A stretch of DNA of 64,000 nt from Vicinamibacterales bacterium (GTDB lineage: Bacteria; Acidobacteriota; Vicinamibacteria; Vicinamibacterales; CAVVIG01): NCBI GenBank assembly GCA_035537875.1, contig DATLLJ010000103.1, forward strand, positions 2,999 to 66,998, given 5' to 3'. The notes below the pieces were generated by a model. It worked only from the letters and a program-made list of their open reading frames with translations. It made no database searches and had not been told where the DNA came from. The first letter of the stretch is position 1; each line of letters begins with the position of its first letter. This document shows, piece by piece, positions 17,250 to 26,077 of this stretch. The position numbers and the translations under genes were made by a program.

Positions 17250-20130
17250 AATCCTTGCGGCAGACCGCCGAATAGCTGCACGTCTCACAGCGATACACGT
17301 CGTCTGGAGCAGGTGGAAACCGTCCGGCGCCAATGGCGTCCACTGTATCCACGAGCCGCTCCTGCGCCTCGTCGAGCACCCGGCCTCGTTCGGCGTCCGC
17401 AGGGAACAGCGAGACCACGCGCCTCGGACCCTTGAACGCAAGATATGCTGCCTCGCCCAGGGTCCAGCGGCGCCCCCGGTAGCGATCGAGGGTCTGCTCG
17501 GCGCAGAGCGCGTAGATCGGAAGCTGCAGCGCCCGGGCCCTGTTGGGCGGCCATCCGAGCTTGTAGTCGATCAACCTGAAGGTCCCGTCGTCGAGCAGGT
17601 CGATGCGATCGGCCTTGCCTTTGATTGCCAGACGGCGAGAACCACCCGCGGTGGCAAACGTGAACTCCCCCGTCAGACGATGTTCGAGCAGACGTGCGAC
17701 CACCGGCACTGGCCGTTCTGCCTCCATGCGCAGGACGGCTTCCCCAAGACCGGCCGCGGCCGGAGAGCCGAGGAGCCGCGTACGTTCCAGGGCCGCCTCA
17801 GTGCTGGACAGCCGCCACTGCCCGATCAGCGTCTCGACGACCTCGCGAAAGACAACCCGAGCTTTATCAATCGTGCTCGGCGTGATCGCCTGATGCCCGT
17901 TGCGCTGCCATCGATCGAAGAAAGCCTCGAACACTTCGTGCACGAACTGTCCCCGCCGGCGCGGATCCATCACCTCTTCATCGTCCGGCTCTTCCTCCAG
18001 CTGCATGACATGCTTGGCGAAGAACTTGAACGGGCAGTCCAGATACGTTTCGAGCGCGCTGATCGACCACGCCTTGCTCGGCAGCGGTCCCGTCTGTCCA
18101 TGAAACATGGATGCGTCACCCGAGGATCGGCTCGAGCGCAGCGCGAGCCATTCGTTGCCGGTGTCCAGGACGTTTTCTCCGTCCGAATCGGTGACTCCGG
18201 GGAGCGGAGCGACGGCCATCGCAGTCAACCTGGCGGCGGGAATCTCGTCGACCAGGCGCGAGGGCTCGACGAGCGCGTCCTCGTCGAGGGTCACGGTGGA
18301 TATCGCGACACGACGTCGCGGCGACTGGAGCAGCTCGATGAATCGAGCCACGGCCGCTCCACGGCGATCCTTCTCCGTTGGCCATCCGAGCGATGACAGC
18401 AGGAATGGCGGGAAAAAAATGTTCCGGATGGGCCGTTCGGGCCATTCACCTTCGACAAGACCGACGAGGGTCACGTCGTCGAACTGCCCGTAGCGCGCCG
18501 CCTCATCGTCAACCAGCTGGAGGCCAGCGCCTTGCGACTCGGCCACGAAGGTCTGCGCCTCGATCCAGAGCCGGGCGCTCGTGGCCATTTCGCCGATGCT
18601 CATCGGTACATCGTCGTGTCTTTCGTGAGCCGCGCCCAGGGCGACCAGCGCGTCACGGACGGCGGCGCGCTGGAGTCGCAGGCGCGGCGCCAGCGGATCG
18701 GCGTCGGTCAACACGACCTCGTGCGCATCGATGAAATCGATGAGGCGGCGAAACTGCGAGGAGGCGAGAGCGGCGGTCTGCATTGGAGCCAGAGCTTCGG
18801 CCGCGGCCCTTCCCGCATGAAGTGCCGCCCATCCGTCTCCAAGCTTCTCGTCGGAATCGACCGCCATCAACGCGTAGTATGTGCCCAGATACTGCATGCC
18901 GCTCAGCGCACGATCGAGCGCATCGATCGAGCGCATCGTGAGAGGCTGGCCGTCGTATCGGAACTCGAAATGAGGTGACTTGAGAAGGGCCACAAGCGTC
19001 GACCGCGTGAAGTCGGACTCGACGAACTCGAAGACGAGGTCGAGCGCGGCCGCGAACGGCTCGGCAGCCAGAGGAAGCGCATCGAACGCCTGATACGGGA
19101 GGCGAGCCGTGCCAAATACCTCGCGGGCCAGATACAGGTACGGCAACGGCCGTTTGAACACGACTGCCGTGTGGTCCAGCGACACGCCCGCAGCAACCTC
19201 TTCGGTCAATCTCCGGGCGACGGCAATCAGCTCCTCCTCGCGATCGCGATATACGAAGTAGCCTTTCTCCGGATCCGACGCGGGCGCGGCGAGCGCGGGT
19301 CTTGTCGCGCGCGGCAGACCGGCCTCGATTGAGTCGGCCTCGACCTCTTCGATTCCCGGCAGCCAGTCGTGAACGCGCTGATGGAAGCCCGACGCCAGCG
19401 AAGTCGTCGTGGCGACCACGTCGATCGCCTCCAAGCCGGGCAACCTGGTCAACAAGTCGAAGTCAGCAAGAAAGAGCCCGTGCGGATCCCCAATCCAGTC
19501 ACCCAGAGTGACGACGATTTCGCGAATCGGCTCCGCCAGGCCGTTCGAGACCAGCTGCTCTCGAAGAAGATGCTCGTCGCATGCGCCCGACCGCGAGACG
19601 CGTCGCTCGTACGCTCGAAACGTCGCGGCCAGCCAGCGCGCCTGAGCGAGCATCCGCTCGGCTCCGCGGTCGTGTTCAGCATCGGTCAAGAGCGCTTCAA
19701 CGACCAGCTCCTCGAACCGGCCGACGGTCCGCGCCTGCCGACGGAGCTGGTCGTAGAAACGAAGCACCTCGGCGACAAGACCGGGCCGCAGCCGCCACGC
19801 CGCGCCGGTCTCGACCGGGCTGGTGACGCTCACGGCGTCGCGCGCTGCTGACTGAATGAGGACGATTCGCTCGTACTGGTCCAGGCGCGCAGGGGGGGCT
19901 CCCATCCGCGCGTGGAGGCGGTCGTACAGCTCGTCCCGCGTCGAGAGCGGCGGTCCTTGACGTTCGCCGATGGCCCGCGCCAGCTGGCGCGCGGCACCCG
20001 CCGTCGGCACGAGGACCACGCGCGAGGCACGCCGTTCAGCGTTCCCCCCGACTGCCAGATTGACGATGACGTGCCGAAAGGTGTGCAGGTCGGGGACGCG
20101 AATGAGCCGCGTCCGTCGAGGCGTAATCAC
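17233..20130 (-). CDS. addB: AddB-like PD-(D/E)XK nuclease with Fe-S cluster cysteines
   Basis: 965 aa with no Walker A at the N-terminus. The C-terminus carries GKADRIDLL...LIDYKLG (D..D/ExK) plus Cys at LDCPFKFF and CETCSYSAVC, the AddB C-X(n)-CxxC-X5-C arrangement. The GTG start overlaps the upstream stop. Confidence 0.75.
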   Translation of the reverse strand: MITPRRTRLIRVPDLHTFRHVIVNLAVGGNAERRASRVVLVPTAGAARQLARAIGERQGPPLSTRDELYDRLHARMGAPPARLDQYERIVLIQSAARDAVSVTSPVETGAAWRLRPGLVAEVLRFYDQLRRQARTVGRFEELVVEALLTDAEHDRGAERMLAQARWLAATFRAYERRVSRSGACDEHLLREQLVSNGLAEPIREIVVTLGDWIGDPHGLFLADFDLLTRLPGLEAIDVVATTTSLASGFHQRVHDWLPGIEEVEADSIEAGLPRATRPALAAPASDPEKGYFVYRDREEELIAVARRLTEEVAAGVSLDHTAVVFKRPLPYLYLAREVFGTARLPYQAFDALPLAAEPFAAALDLVFEFVESDFTRSTLVALLKSPHFEFRYDGQPLTMRSIDALDRALSGMQYLGTYYALMAVDSDEKLGDGWAALHAGRAAAEALAPMQTAALASSQFRRLIDFIDAHEVVLTDADPLAPRLRLQRAAVRDALVALGAAHERHDDVPMSIGEMATSARLWIEAQTFVAESQGAGLQLVDDEAARYGQFDDVTLVGLVEGEWPERPIRNIFFPPFLLSSLGWPTEKDRRGAAVARFIELLQSPRRRVAISTVTLDEDALVEPSRLVDEIPAARLTAMAVAPLPGVTDSDGENVLDTGNEWLALRSSRSSGDASMFHGQTGPLPSKAWSISALETYLDCPFKFFAKHVMQLEEEPDDEEVMDPRRRGQFVHEVFEAFFDRWQRNGHQAITPSTIDKARVVFREVVETLIGQWRLSSTEAALERTRLLGSPAAAGLGEAVLRMEAERPVPVVARLLEHRLTGEFTFATAGGSRRLAIKGKADRIDLLDDGTFRLIDYKLGWPPNRARALQLPIYALCAEQTLDRYRGRRWTLGEAAYLAFKGPRRVVSLFPADAERGRVLDEAQERLVDTVDAIGAGRFPPAPDDVYRCETCSYSAVCRKDYVGDV

Positions 20131-21512
20131 CGGAGTTGGGGAGGGCGCAACAGCGACTGCATTTCCTCTCTGGCGCGGACGCCGAGCATAAGGGCGCCTG
20201 CGGCCGCGGACGAGGCATCCCAGGCGCGTGAGATATCTCCCGCGAGCGTGGCTTCGTATCGGATGCGGGCGGCGCTGCCGGCCATCTGAACGGCGCTGAC
20301 GAGCACTCCGTGGGCCGCCCGGAATTCGTCTGGAGGGGCAATCGACCTGGTCCGTTTCAGGATTTCCGCAACTGCACCCTGCAGCGCATCCAGGCTGGAA
20401 GGCGAGCTGCCGGCGAGCAGCTTGATCTCCTCGAGCGAGGACGTCAGCGACGCAAAGAGGCCGAGCGATCCCTCCATGGCTTGCCGGTACTTCCGGAAAT
20501 CGGCCTGTCGCAACGCCCAGCGATCGCGCGCCAGACGAAGCCGGCGTGCTGCGTCGAGCTTGACCTCCACGGCGGCGACCAGGGCACTGACCGCGTCGGG
20601 GCGCCGCTCACCAAGCGTTCGATTGCTCGAATGCACGCGATCGACCAGTCGTGTCAGGTTCCGGACGTCGGCCGCACGCGCGTGTCGGTCGGCCAGCGAC
20701 ATGATCTGGGTCGTCAGCGACTGATACGCGCGATCGATGGCCCGCTCTTCGTCGAACCGTGCTCGTGTCGCCGCCCTCGTGGTCGTCACCCAGTCGGCCG
20801 GCAGCACCTCCTCGTCCCTCTCGAGGCCGACCAGCACCGTTTCGAGGAAGGCCGTCCGATCGGTCGCGATGTCGGTGACGTCAGCGGCCGCGAGAAGCTG
20901 TTCGATCGCCTCCTTGCGAGTCGGCAAGGGGGCGAGCGGCTCGACCGGAGTCGGCGGCTCGGCGAATGCGCTCAGGCTCAGCGCGAAGCTGCCTTCGCCG
21001 CTGGCTGCCCGCAGATCCGCTATGGCTTCGTCGAGGAGTGACAGCATCTGCCGGACTTCTGCGAGGCGATAGTGGTAGTGATCGTTGGGCCACGCGGCCA
21101 GCATCTTGCGCGCGTTCTGGGCGATCGCCAGGCGCCTGTCGACGTCGGAGGTATCCATCAGCCGATTGAGCGCCTCGGTCATCCGGGAGGAAAGCGCCGC
21201 GTAGTCGAGCTCGGCCTGCGTTTCGTAGTAGCGCGCAGCGCGGGTCGCCTCCGTGTAGCGGGCGGTGCGCTCCCAGTTCACCCGGGATGCCGGCAGATTC
21301 ACGAGCTGCAGGGGCGGATTCGGCGCAGCCGCCGTCGGCATCGAGAACACGATGCGATCGCCGATGCGAGCCGGCTCGCCGTAACTGGCCAGAGCCGTCC
21401 CGTCGGTGAGAAACACTCGCGACAGCGTGACATCGTCGGCAGCTGGTGCCGAAAGGAGGCCCAGATGAAGCATGGCGGCTGCCAGCCAGCCCGTCAGCGT
21501 CGGCCTGCGCAT
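20127..21512 (-). CDS. exported alpha-helical protein, unknown function
   Basis: Signal peptide MRRPTLTGWLAAAMLHLGLLSAPAADD. The rest is helix-rich, and I recognise no motif. First gene of the AddB-like operon. Confidence 0.6.
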   Translation of the reverse strand: MRRPTLTGWLAAAMLHLGLLSAPAADDVTLSRVFLTDGTALASYGEPARIGDRIVFSMPTAAAPNPPLQLVNLPASRVNWERTARYTEATRAARYYETQAELDYAALSSRMTEALNRLMDTSDVDRRLAIAQNARKMLAAWPNDHYHYRLAEVRQMLSLLDEAIADLRAASGEGSFALSLSAFAEPPTPVEPLAPLPTRKEAIEQLLAAADVTDIATDRTAFLETVLVGLERDEEVLPADWVTTTRAATRARFDEERAIDRAYQSLTTQIMSLADRHARAADVRNLTRLVDRVHSSNRTLGERRPDAVSALVAAVEVKLDAARRLRLARDRWALRQADFRKYRQAMEGSLGLFASLTSSLEEIKLLAGSSPSSLDALQGAVAEILKRTRSIAPPDEFRAAHGVLVSAVQMAGSAARIRYEATLAGDISRAWDASSAAAGALMLGVRAREEMQSLLRPPQLR

Positions 21513-21766
21513 GAAGTTTCAAGCGTAGTGTGCCGCGCAGGGATGGTCAAGATCGCAGAGGTCTGCAGCGCTGTGCAAATCCTGTGGACGAACGGTGAAT
21601 TTCCTGTGGAAGAACCGACATGTGAAAAAGATTTTCGGGCACGATGCTTGGGAAAAGGGCGCCACGGGAGATTGTGCACGGGCCTTCGTCGGTCGCTTCG
21701 CTTGTTTGTGTCGGTGCGAAGCGTAAAATCTCGGCGACTCCCAGCAGCATTCCTCAGAACGAACAC

Positions 21767-21988
21767 GTGAAGGCAGCCGTCCATCGCTTCGAAGAATCCA
21801 TTGCGGGTCGCGCCTACCTGATCGAGGTGGCCCCGGTCGCCGACGACCGCTGGCGCGCCTACATCGTGCGAGTGCCCGGCGTCCCGACCGCCCTGATGCC
21901 GTTCTACGGCAGCACGCCAGCGGAAGCGGCGCGCCAGCTGAGCGACTGGTTGACCCGCGCTCACGCTCGGGCGGCGTCGCCGTCCTGA
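21767..21988 (+). CDS. small hypothetical protein (73 aa)
   Basis: GTG 21767 is in frame with track ORF 21644..21988. VKAAVHRFEESIAGRAYLIEVAPVADDRWRAYIVRVPGVPTALMPFYGSTPAEAARQLSDWL looks protein-like. The upstream 41 codons do not. Confidence 0.35.
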   Translation: MKAAVHRFEESIAGRAYLIEVAPVADDRWRAYIVRVPGVPTALMPFYGSTPAEAARQLSDWLTRAHARAASPS

Positions 21989-22147
21989 CTCGCCGAGCTT
22001 CCGCGTGATATCGGGCTCAGGGCTTAGGGGCGCCGGCCCATGGGCTCGAGCGCTCGTGCCCGAGCTCTCGGGACGTGAGTCACTTGAGCACCGACCGCGC
22101 AGGGTGCGGATGCGCTACAATTTGAACGTCCATCTTTCCATCGCGTG

Positions 22148-22223
22148 GGCCAGTAGCGCAGTTGGGAGCGCGCATGAATGGCATTCATGAGGTCACCGGT
22201 TCGATCCCGGTCTGGTCCACCAT
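22148..22223 (+). tRNA. tRNA-Ala(GGC): tRNA-Ala (anticodon GGC)
   Basis: Folded by hand into a 76-nt cloverleaf. Acceptor arms are GGGCCAG/CTGGTCC with the alanine identity pair G3:U70. D arm is GCGC-AGTTGGGA-GCGC. Anticodon arm is CATGA-AT GGC AT-TCATG. T arm is ACCGG-TTCGATC-CCGGT. The CCA end is encoded. Confidence 0.93.
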
Positions 22224-22231
22224 CCTTCGCA
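22212..22231 (+). repeat. Direct repeat copy 1 (tRNA-Ala 3' end; attL-like)
   Basis: tctggtccaccatccttcgc is identical to 28183-28202. An 18-nt core (gtctggtccaccatcctt) is repeated at 30614-30631. Confidence 0.9.
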
Positions 22232-22514
22232 GCTCATGAATGCAGGCGAAGGATGCCGCGCCGTAGCGGCGCGCAGCGACGCGAAGGCGGGCCTGATCCT
22301 GTCTGCGAACGAGCTGCGGCTCGGTAAACCCTGCTGTGAAGCGAGCTTGGGCTCTTCAACTCGACGTCCCCGCCACGGGGCGAGAACGCCGCAGAAACAA
22401 CCGACGCGCTAGCTCCGATCCCTGGCAGAAATTGCCACCGCCCGCACCTCGCGGCAAGAATCTCTTCACTTTGAATGGCCCTGGTCTAGGCATCTCGATT
22501 GCCAGTGCGCGGCC

Positions 22515-22771
22515 ATGGCCCGAGACAAGCGCTTCGTCTACGTACTCAGGAACGCAGATCCCGAGCCACACTTCTCCGTCGGCCTCACGTCCGATGTGAA
22601 TGGGAGGCTAGCCGACCACAACCCTGGCGCTGCCCCCACACGGTCTCCCGACGACCGTGGCAGATTCACGTGGTCATCGAGTTCTCGGATGAGCAGCGTG
22701 CCATCCACTTCGAGCGCTACCTGAAATCCGGCTCGGGCCGCGCCTTCGCCAAGCGGCACTTCGAACCGTAA
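22515..22771 (+). pseudogene. GIY-YIG (URI-domain, COG2827-like) nuclease gene with one frameshift
   Basis: The N-terminal part MARDKRFVYVLRNADPEPHFSVGLTSDVNGRLADHNPGA is in one frame. The C-terminal part PHTVSRRPWQIHVVIEFSDEQRAIHFERYLKSGSGRAFAKRHFEP is in the next. The frame switch coincides with the C5 run at 22633-22637. Confidence 0.7.
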
Positions 22772-23686
22772 AGCGCCACGCCCCTTTGACCAACTGCCGG
22801 TGAGGCCGCGACCATAGGAGTCGCAGCGCACGAAGGCGCGGAGCGGGAAGTCCGGGTGCGCCCGCTGCTTCGGCGTGGTGCTCGGAAGTCGCCCGGACAA
22901 GACCGCTTGCACGCGGTAGAACAGGTCCTCGGAGATCAACGGCTCGAAATCGCCACGCTTTCCACGAACGCCGTACTCCGGGACGTCCACGATTCCGGCG
23001 TACAGCTGATTTCGCAGCAGCATGCCGACGCTCTGCGACGTGAGCGGCCGGCCGCGCCGGTTGGTCAAGCCCGACGCTCTCGCTTGCTTGAGCAGTTGTT
23101 CCTTCGTGTAGCGTCCGGTCGCGTACTCCTCGAACGCCCGTCGCACGAGCGGCGCCCGCTCGGGGTCGGCCATCAGGCTCTTGCCCATCGCGCGCGGGGC
23201 GTTCAAGTACCCGATCGGCGCCAGGAACACCCAGCGGCCAAGCTCCAGTGCGGCCTTCATGCCAGCCCGCGTCCGGTCCGAGCGACAGTCGTTGTCGAAC
23301 TGCGCGAACGCGGCCAGCACGCCTTCCATGAGCTTGCCGGTGGACGTGTCGTCGATCGGCTCGGTCGCGGAGCGAAGAGAGATCCCCAGCGATTGCAGAT
23401 GTGACCGGAGCGCGAAGTGGTCGTACTTGTCCCGCGCGAAACGCGTCAGGTTGAACACAACCACGAAGTGCACACGGCCCTTGTTCAGCCGGCAGAACGT
23501 GAGCAGTTTCTGAAGCTGGCTGCGATCTGTGGACTTGGCGCTCTCGCCTTCTTCGTGAAACCGTTCGATGACTTCGTATCCCTGGCGGCGGCAGTACTCC
23601 TCGCAGGCGCGAAGCTGGGTCGGCAGGCTGAGATTCTCGGTTTGCTCCTTCGTGCTGACGCGAACGTAGATCACCGCGCCGACCAT
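22538..23686 (-). pseudogene. large serine recombinase truncated inside the zinc-ribbon domain
   Basis: Resolvase catalytic region is MVGAVIYVRVSTKEQ...FARD. A recombinase domain follows, then FVRCDSYGRGLTGSWSKGRG. From about 22775 downward the frame is simply the antisense of the GIY-YIG gene. ATG 23686 verified. Confidence 0.75.
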
Positions 23687-23745
23687 GGTTGGCAGCGTAG
23701 ATCCATTCGCCTCGTCGGGCAAGCTGCGTTTGCGAGGCACAGTTT

Positions 23746-23931
23746 CTACTCGGAAGCGCGGCGCTGCGCCTGATACATCTCGACCACGATGCACGCCATC
23801 GTCTCTGCGTGTCGGCGGATGTCCTCGATGTCCTGATCGGTCATCGATTCCGCGTCCTCGCCGAGCAGTTCCCGACAGCGCGCGATCGAAATCGGTTCCG
23901 GCCTCGGATCCGCATGTTCGACGAACTCCAT
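23746..23931 (-). CDS. small hypothetical protein (61 aa) upstream of recombinase
   Basis: MEFVEHADPRPEPISIARCRELLGEDAESMTDQDIEDIRRHAETMACIVVEMYQAQRRASE. ATG verified. The rest of the track ORF is Arg/Ser junk. Confidence 0.4.
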   Translation of the reverse strand: MEFVEHADPRPEPISIARCRELLGEDAESMTDQDIEDIRRHAETMACIVVEMYQAQRRASE

Positions 23932-24540
23932 GGGCACCCCTGCGAGCTCGATGCATACGTTCGTGATGCGTTGGAGTGCGCTCGAAGCGCGCCGACTTTG
24001 TGCCGGCGCGCCGAGACGATGAGCGTGGATGTGGCGTGACGCCGACAGCGAAGCGCTGACTTGAAGTCGAACGCGCTGATCGCGCGAGATGTGCGCGATC
24101 AATCGACTGGTTGTTGCAGGGGCTGAGAGCTTTGCTCTGAGAGCGTTGGCTACAGCGCTCCGCGTCTGCCGGGACTGCGGAGGGGTGCGCGATGCACCGA
24201 CGAGATCTTCACGATACGACCGCCGGTGCGCCGCGTCAACGCAGAAATGAGGACGAGGCTTCGTCGGGCCATCACGCAAGTGCGACCTTCGAGCTGCGCG
24301 GAGGCGGCGTCAAGGCCGGAGCCCGCAAGGTCGAGCGCAGCGAGAGCCTTGACGCCGCCGAGCACAGCTCGATCCTGATCGTGGTGATGGCCGACTTCTG
24401 GCGAGAATGAACGTTGAGAAGTACGTTGAAAAGCACAGCGCGTTTCGCAAGGGATCTGCGACGCGTTCGCGCGTGACAACACGCGTGCATTCGGCGCGCA
24501 GATCACAGCGAGAACCCGCGAGCATTCCGGCGCGGACATC

Positions 24541-24612
24541 GGGGCGTGAGCAACCCTCCGGGCCGGGGCCGGGGTCGACACCCTGTCCAAACCGGGGGGT
24601 TGCTCACGCCCC
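24541..24612. repeat. Long hairpin: 16-bp perfect inverted repeat (21 bp with one G.U), about 40-nt (16-bp stem) or about 30-nt (21-bp stem) loop
   Basis: ggggcgtgagcaaccc (24541-24556) pairs with gggttgctcacgcccc (24597-24612). Confidence 0.85.
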
Positions 24613-24970
24613 CAATGACAGTGCGGGCTGCGAGCGCCGAGCAGCAAACGGCACAACGCACCGTCCGCCGAAGGGTCCTCGTGTTCGGCGGACGGTGCTG
24701 GCGCCATAACGGATCCGACTGCGTGGACGTCTTTGTGTCCGGCAGCGGCTGTCTTCGGATCAGTGGTCCAGGTGGCATCGGTCTCCACGCCAACCACCGC
24801 ATTTTGTCGCGGCTCCGCTCGCGGCGTCAGCCATTCCGATTCAGATGCTGGGACCACTGTGAAAAGACAGCCGCACAGTTCATCAAGTTCTTGCTCAGAT
24901 CACGGACCGGGTTCTTCGCCGCTTCCAGCGGACCGACCGCCGCTGACACGGGGCGCCAACACTCTTTCAG

Positions 24971-25047
24971 CGTGGCGTGAGCGACCACGTCCGTGGCCGC
25001 AGGCTTGGCAGGCCAAGCGGCCATTTCGCGTGGTCGCTCACGCCACG
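24971..25047. repeat. Long hairpin: 19-bp perfect inverted repeat, 39-nt spacer with a nested palindrome
   Basis: cgtggcgtgagcgaccacg (24971-24989) pairs with cgtggtcgctcacgccacg (25029-25047). The spacer contains gcttggc-ag-gccaagc. The arm core GGCGTGAGCnACC is shared with the 24541 hairpin. Confidence 0.85.
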
Positions 25048-25217
25048 GGATTGCCGTTGGCGACCGCTCAGGCAGTGGCGTCACGAGGCGGACGGCACAG
25101 AGCGCCGCCCGACGACGACGGCCTCAAGCTGCACGACGACCTGCGGTTGTCCCGCGGGCTCGCCGCGCGCCAGTCATGTTCGTCGACCACAACGGATCCT
25201 CAACGCAGACCAATCCA

Positions 25218-25251
25218 GGGGGAACACCTCGCGCGGAGGGGGTGTTCCCCC
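25218..25251. repeat. 11-bp perfect inverted repeat
   Basis: gggggaacacc (25218-25228) pairs with ggtgttccccc (25241-25251). A partial third copy, accgtgttcccc, follows. Confidence 0.8.
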
Positions 25252-25378
25252 ACCGTGTTCCCCTCTTGAAGCGCTGATTGAGCAGCGGTCGGTCAAGATG
25301 TGCCTGCCGTAACGAACGAGATCTGACGGCACCTCTGACGCGTGACCGGGTGCTACGATCGGCCCGTCCAGAGGCTCG

Positions 25379-25635
25379 ATGCCGACCTTCCCGGAGTGGT
25401 GGAGTTGGGATCTTTCGTTCACTGGCCACGCCGAACTGCGCATGGAGCAACGAGGCGTGACCGAGGTGGAGGTCCGCGCTATGCTGGAGAGAGCCACGGG
25501 TTCGACGCCAGCGTCGTGGAGGGCAGATTCATGATCCACACCCAACGCGAGCAGAGCCCCTGGGTCGTGATCGTCGAGCCAGACGCCGAAGCCAGGTTGC
25601 TCGTCGTCGTGACCGTTTACGAGGTGTCCCAATGA
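25379..25635 (+). pseudogene. DUF4258-like toxin gene with one frameshift
   Basis: From ATG 25379 the frame reads MPTFPEWWSWDLSFTGHAELRMEQRGVTEVEVRAMLERATG and stops at 25532. The next frame continues ..FDASVVEGRFMIHTQREQSPWVVIVEPDAEARLLVVVTVYEVSQ. The frame switch is near 25488-25503. Confidence 0.55.
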
Positions 25636-25904
25636 CGGAGCGCTCGCTGCAGGTAACCTATCGGAAGGGCAGGACATTTGCGGCTTACCTGCACCTCCCG
25701 CATCCAACGGGGGAGAAGAGCGCGAGGACCGTGGCATCGCCTGACGGGCTGCTCATCGTCGATTACGCCGCGTCGGGCCGGCCGTTGGGCGTCGAGATCA
25801 CCGCGCCGCAAGCGGTTCCTCTCGATCGCCTCAACCGGCTCCTCGCGGAGATTGGTGAGCCGCCACTCGCGGAGCAGGATTACAGGCCCGCGCGGGCCGC
25901 ATAG
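25632..25904 (+). CDS. DUF2283-like antitoxin partner
   Basis: MTERSLQVTYRKGRTFAAYLHLPHPTGEKSARTV..GLLIVDYAASGRPLGVEITAP. The 4-nt overlap with the toxin frame is typical of a toxin-antitoxin pair. Confidence 0.5.
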   Translation: MTERSLQVTYRKGRTFAAYLHLPHPTGEKSARTVASPDGLLIVDYAASGRPLGVEITAPQAVPLDRLNRLLAEIGEPPLAEQDYRPARAA

Positions 25905-26077
25905 GCCGAAAGCGCTCCGCGCGATCATCGAGCCTTGCACACCCTGACCAGGCCGACCGTCTTCGCCCTGGTTCATTGCAGATTTCGCGCCTTCAGGCCG
26001 TGAACGCGTCCATCGTTCGGGCCACTGATGGTCTTTCCGTTTCGACGGCCGCAGTCGCAATCCTGTCGATCACAGTT

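Noticed and set aside
22224-22254. Hairpin tccttcgc-N15-gcgaagga right after the tRNA as a terminator
   Set aside because: An 8-bp stem with a 15-nt loop and no U-tract. It is more likely part of the att or island-end sequence.
24150-25269. ORFs of 70-235 aa on both strands in the 24.0-25.3 kb stretch of island A
   Set aside because: They mutually overlap, have poor composition and show no motifs. Only the last 40 or so codons of 24192..24410 have good third-position GC. The stretch is treated as degraded or non-coding DNA.
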